Assembly (NCBI RefSeq): GCF_036321535.1 | Contig: NC_087436.1 | Coordinates: 14,756,001 to 14,820,000, forward strand | Reading direction: 5' to 3' | DNA from: Camelus dromedarius | Taxonomy: Eukaryota | DNA length: 64,000 nucleotides | In this document: piece after piece, positions 63,451 through 64,000 of the stretch | Numbering within the stretch: the first letter of the stretch is position 1 | How the letters are laid out: each line of letters opens with the position of its first letter | Notes under the pieces: generated by a model | What the model saw: the letters and a program-made list of their open reading frames with translations, nothing else | Told to the model about the DNA's origin: nothing | The model's database searches: none | Made by a program: the position numbers and the translations under genes

Positions 63451-64000
63451 AAAGAGCCAAGTGGAGAACTTTTGCCTTCCACCTGCAAAATATCAAGGGA
63501 GACTATTACAAAGAGAGAGACTTTGTTTTGTTTGCCCTGTGCTCTTTCCATTAACATTTGCTAGAGAGATGGGGTAAAGAATTGAAGTATTAGTAATTAA
63601 TTTAAATTGTTGGGTTGTGTTTCTCCAAACGTGACACTAAACTAAGAATGAACTGTTAGGTGGTTAGATAAGTGGGGGCACCGGGCAGATAAGGTGGAGG
63701 AGAGGGAGGCTGGTCTGGAAGGCGGAGTTGTGACCACCTGCAGTGCAAAGGGGCTTTACTGCTAAATGAGAGCCAGCAAGAAACTGGTTAGAATCCAACA
63801 GTGCAACCGCATGGTAGAGACAAGGACGTAAGCAGACATGACCCAGTGCTCATTGTAATTTGACTGATGCGGTTTAGACACCCTCCATGGGTTCTTCTGT
63901 GTGCATCATGGGTAAGGACAAAAGGGGACAAACATGACTGAGCGCTCCAAGGGCAAAAGCTGTCAATCAATCAATAGACCACCTCTAAGTGAAGGTATAA

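Overview
Mammalian non-coding genomic DNA, most likely camelid (alpaca/camel): four tRNA-derived SINEs resemble the camelid Vic-1 family. The window is intronic or intergenic. I found no convincing protein-coding exon, RNA gene, CpG island or CRISPR array, and the ORF track is explained by L1 remnants and chance ORFs. Much of the sequence is transposon-derived: young artiodactyl/camelid-type L1 3' ends, old L1M fragments, MIR, L2, MaLR/ERVL solo LTRs, and hAT/Tigger MITEs. Family names are recalled by eye from consensus sequences, not from a database search, and boundaries of old elements are approximate. The most unusual feature is at about 59.27-60.85 kb: a heavily decayed but colinear LINE ORF2 fossil (APE endonuclease, linker, start of reverse transcriptase) whose motifs look more like non-mammalian vertebrate L1 than mammalian L1M. 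Other points of interest are a tandem POU/octamer array beside a G-quadruplex-prone tract, a SINE with a double poly(A) tail and internal AATAAA, several nested insertions with readable target-site duplications (TSDs), a near-palindromic microsatellite and a perfect 34-bp tandem duplication.
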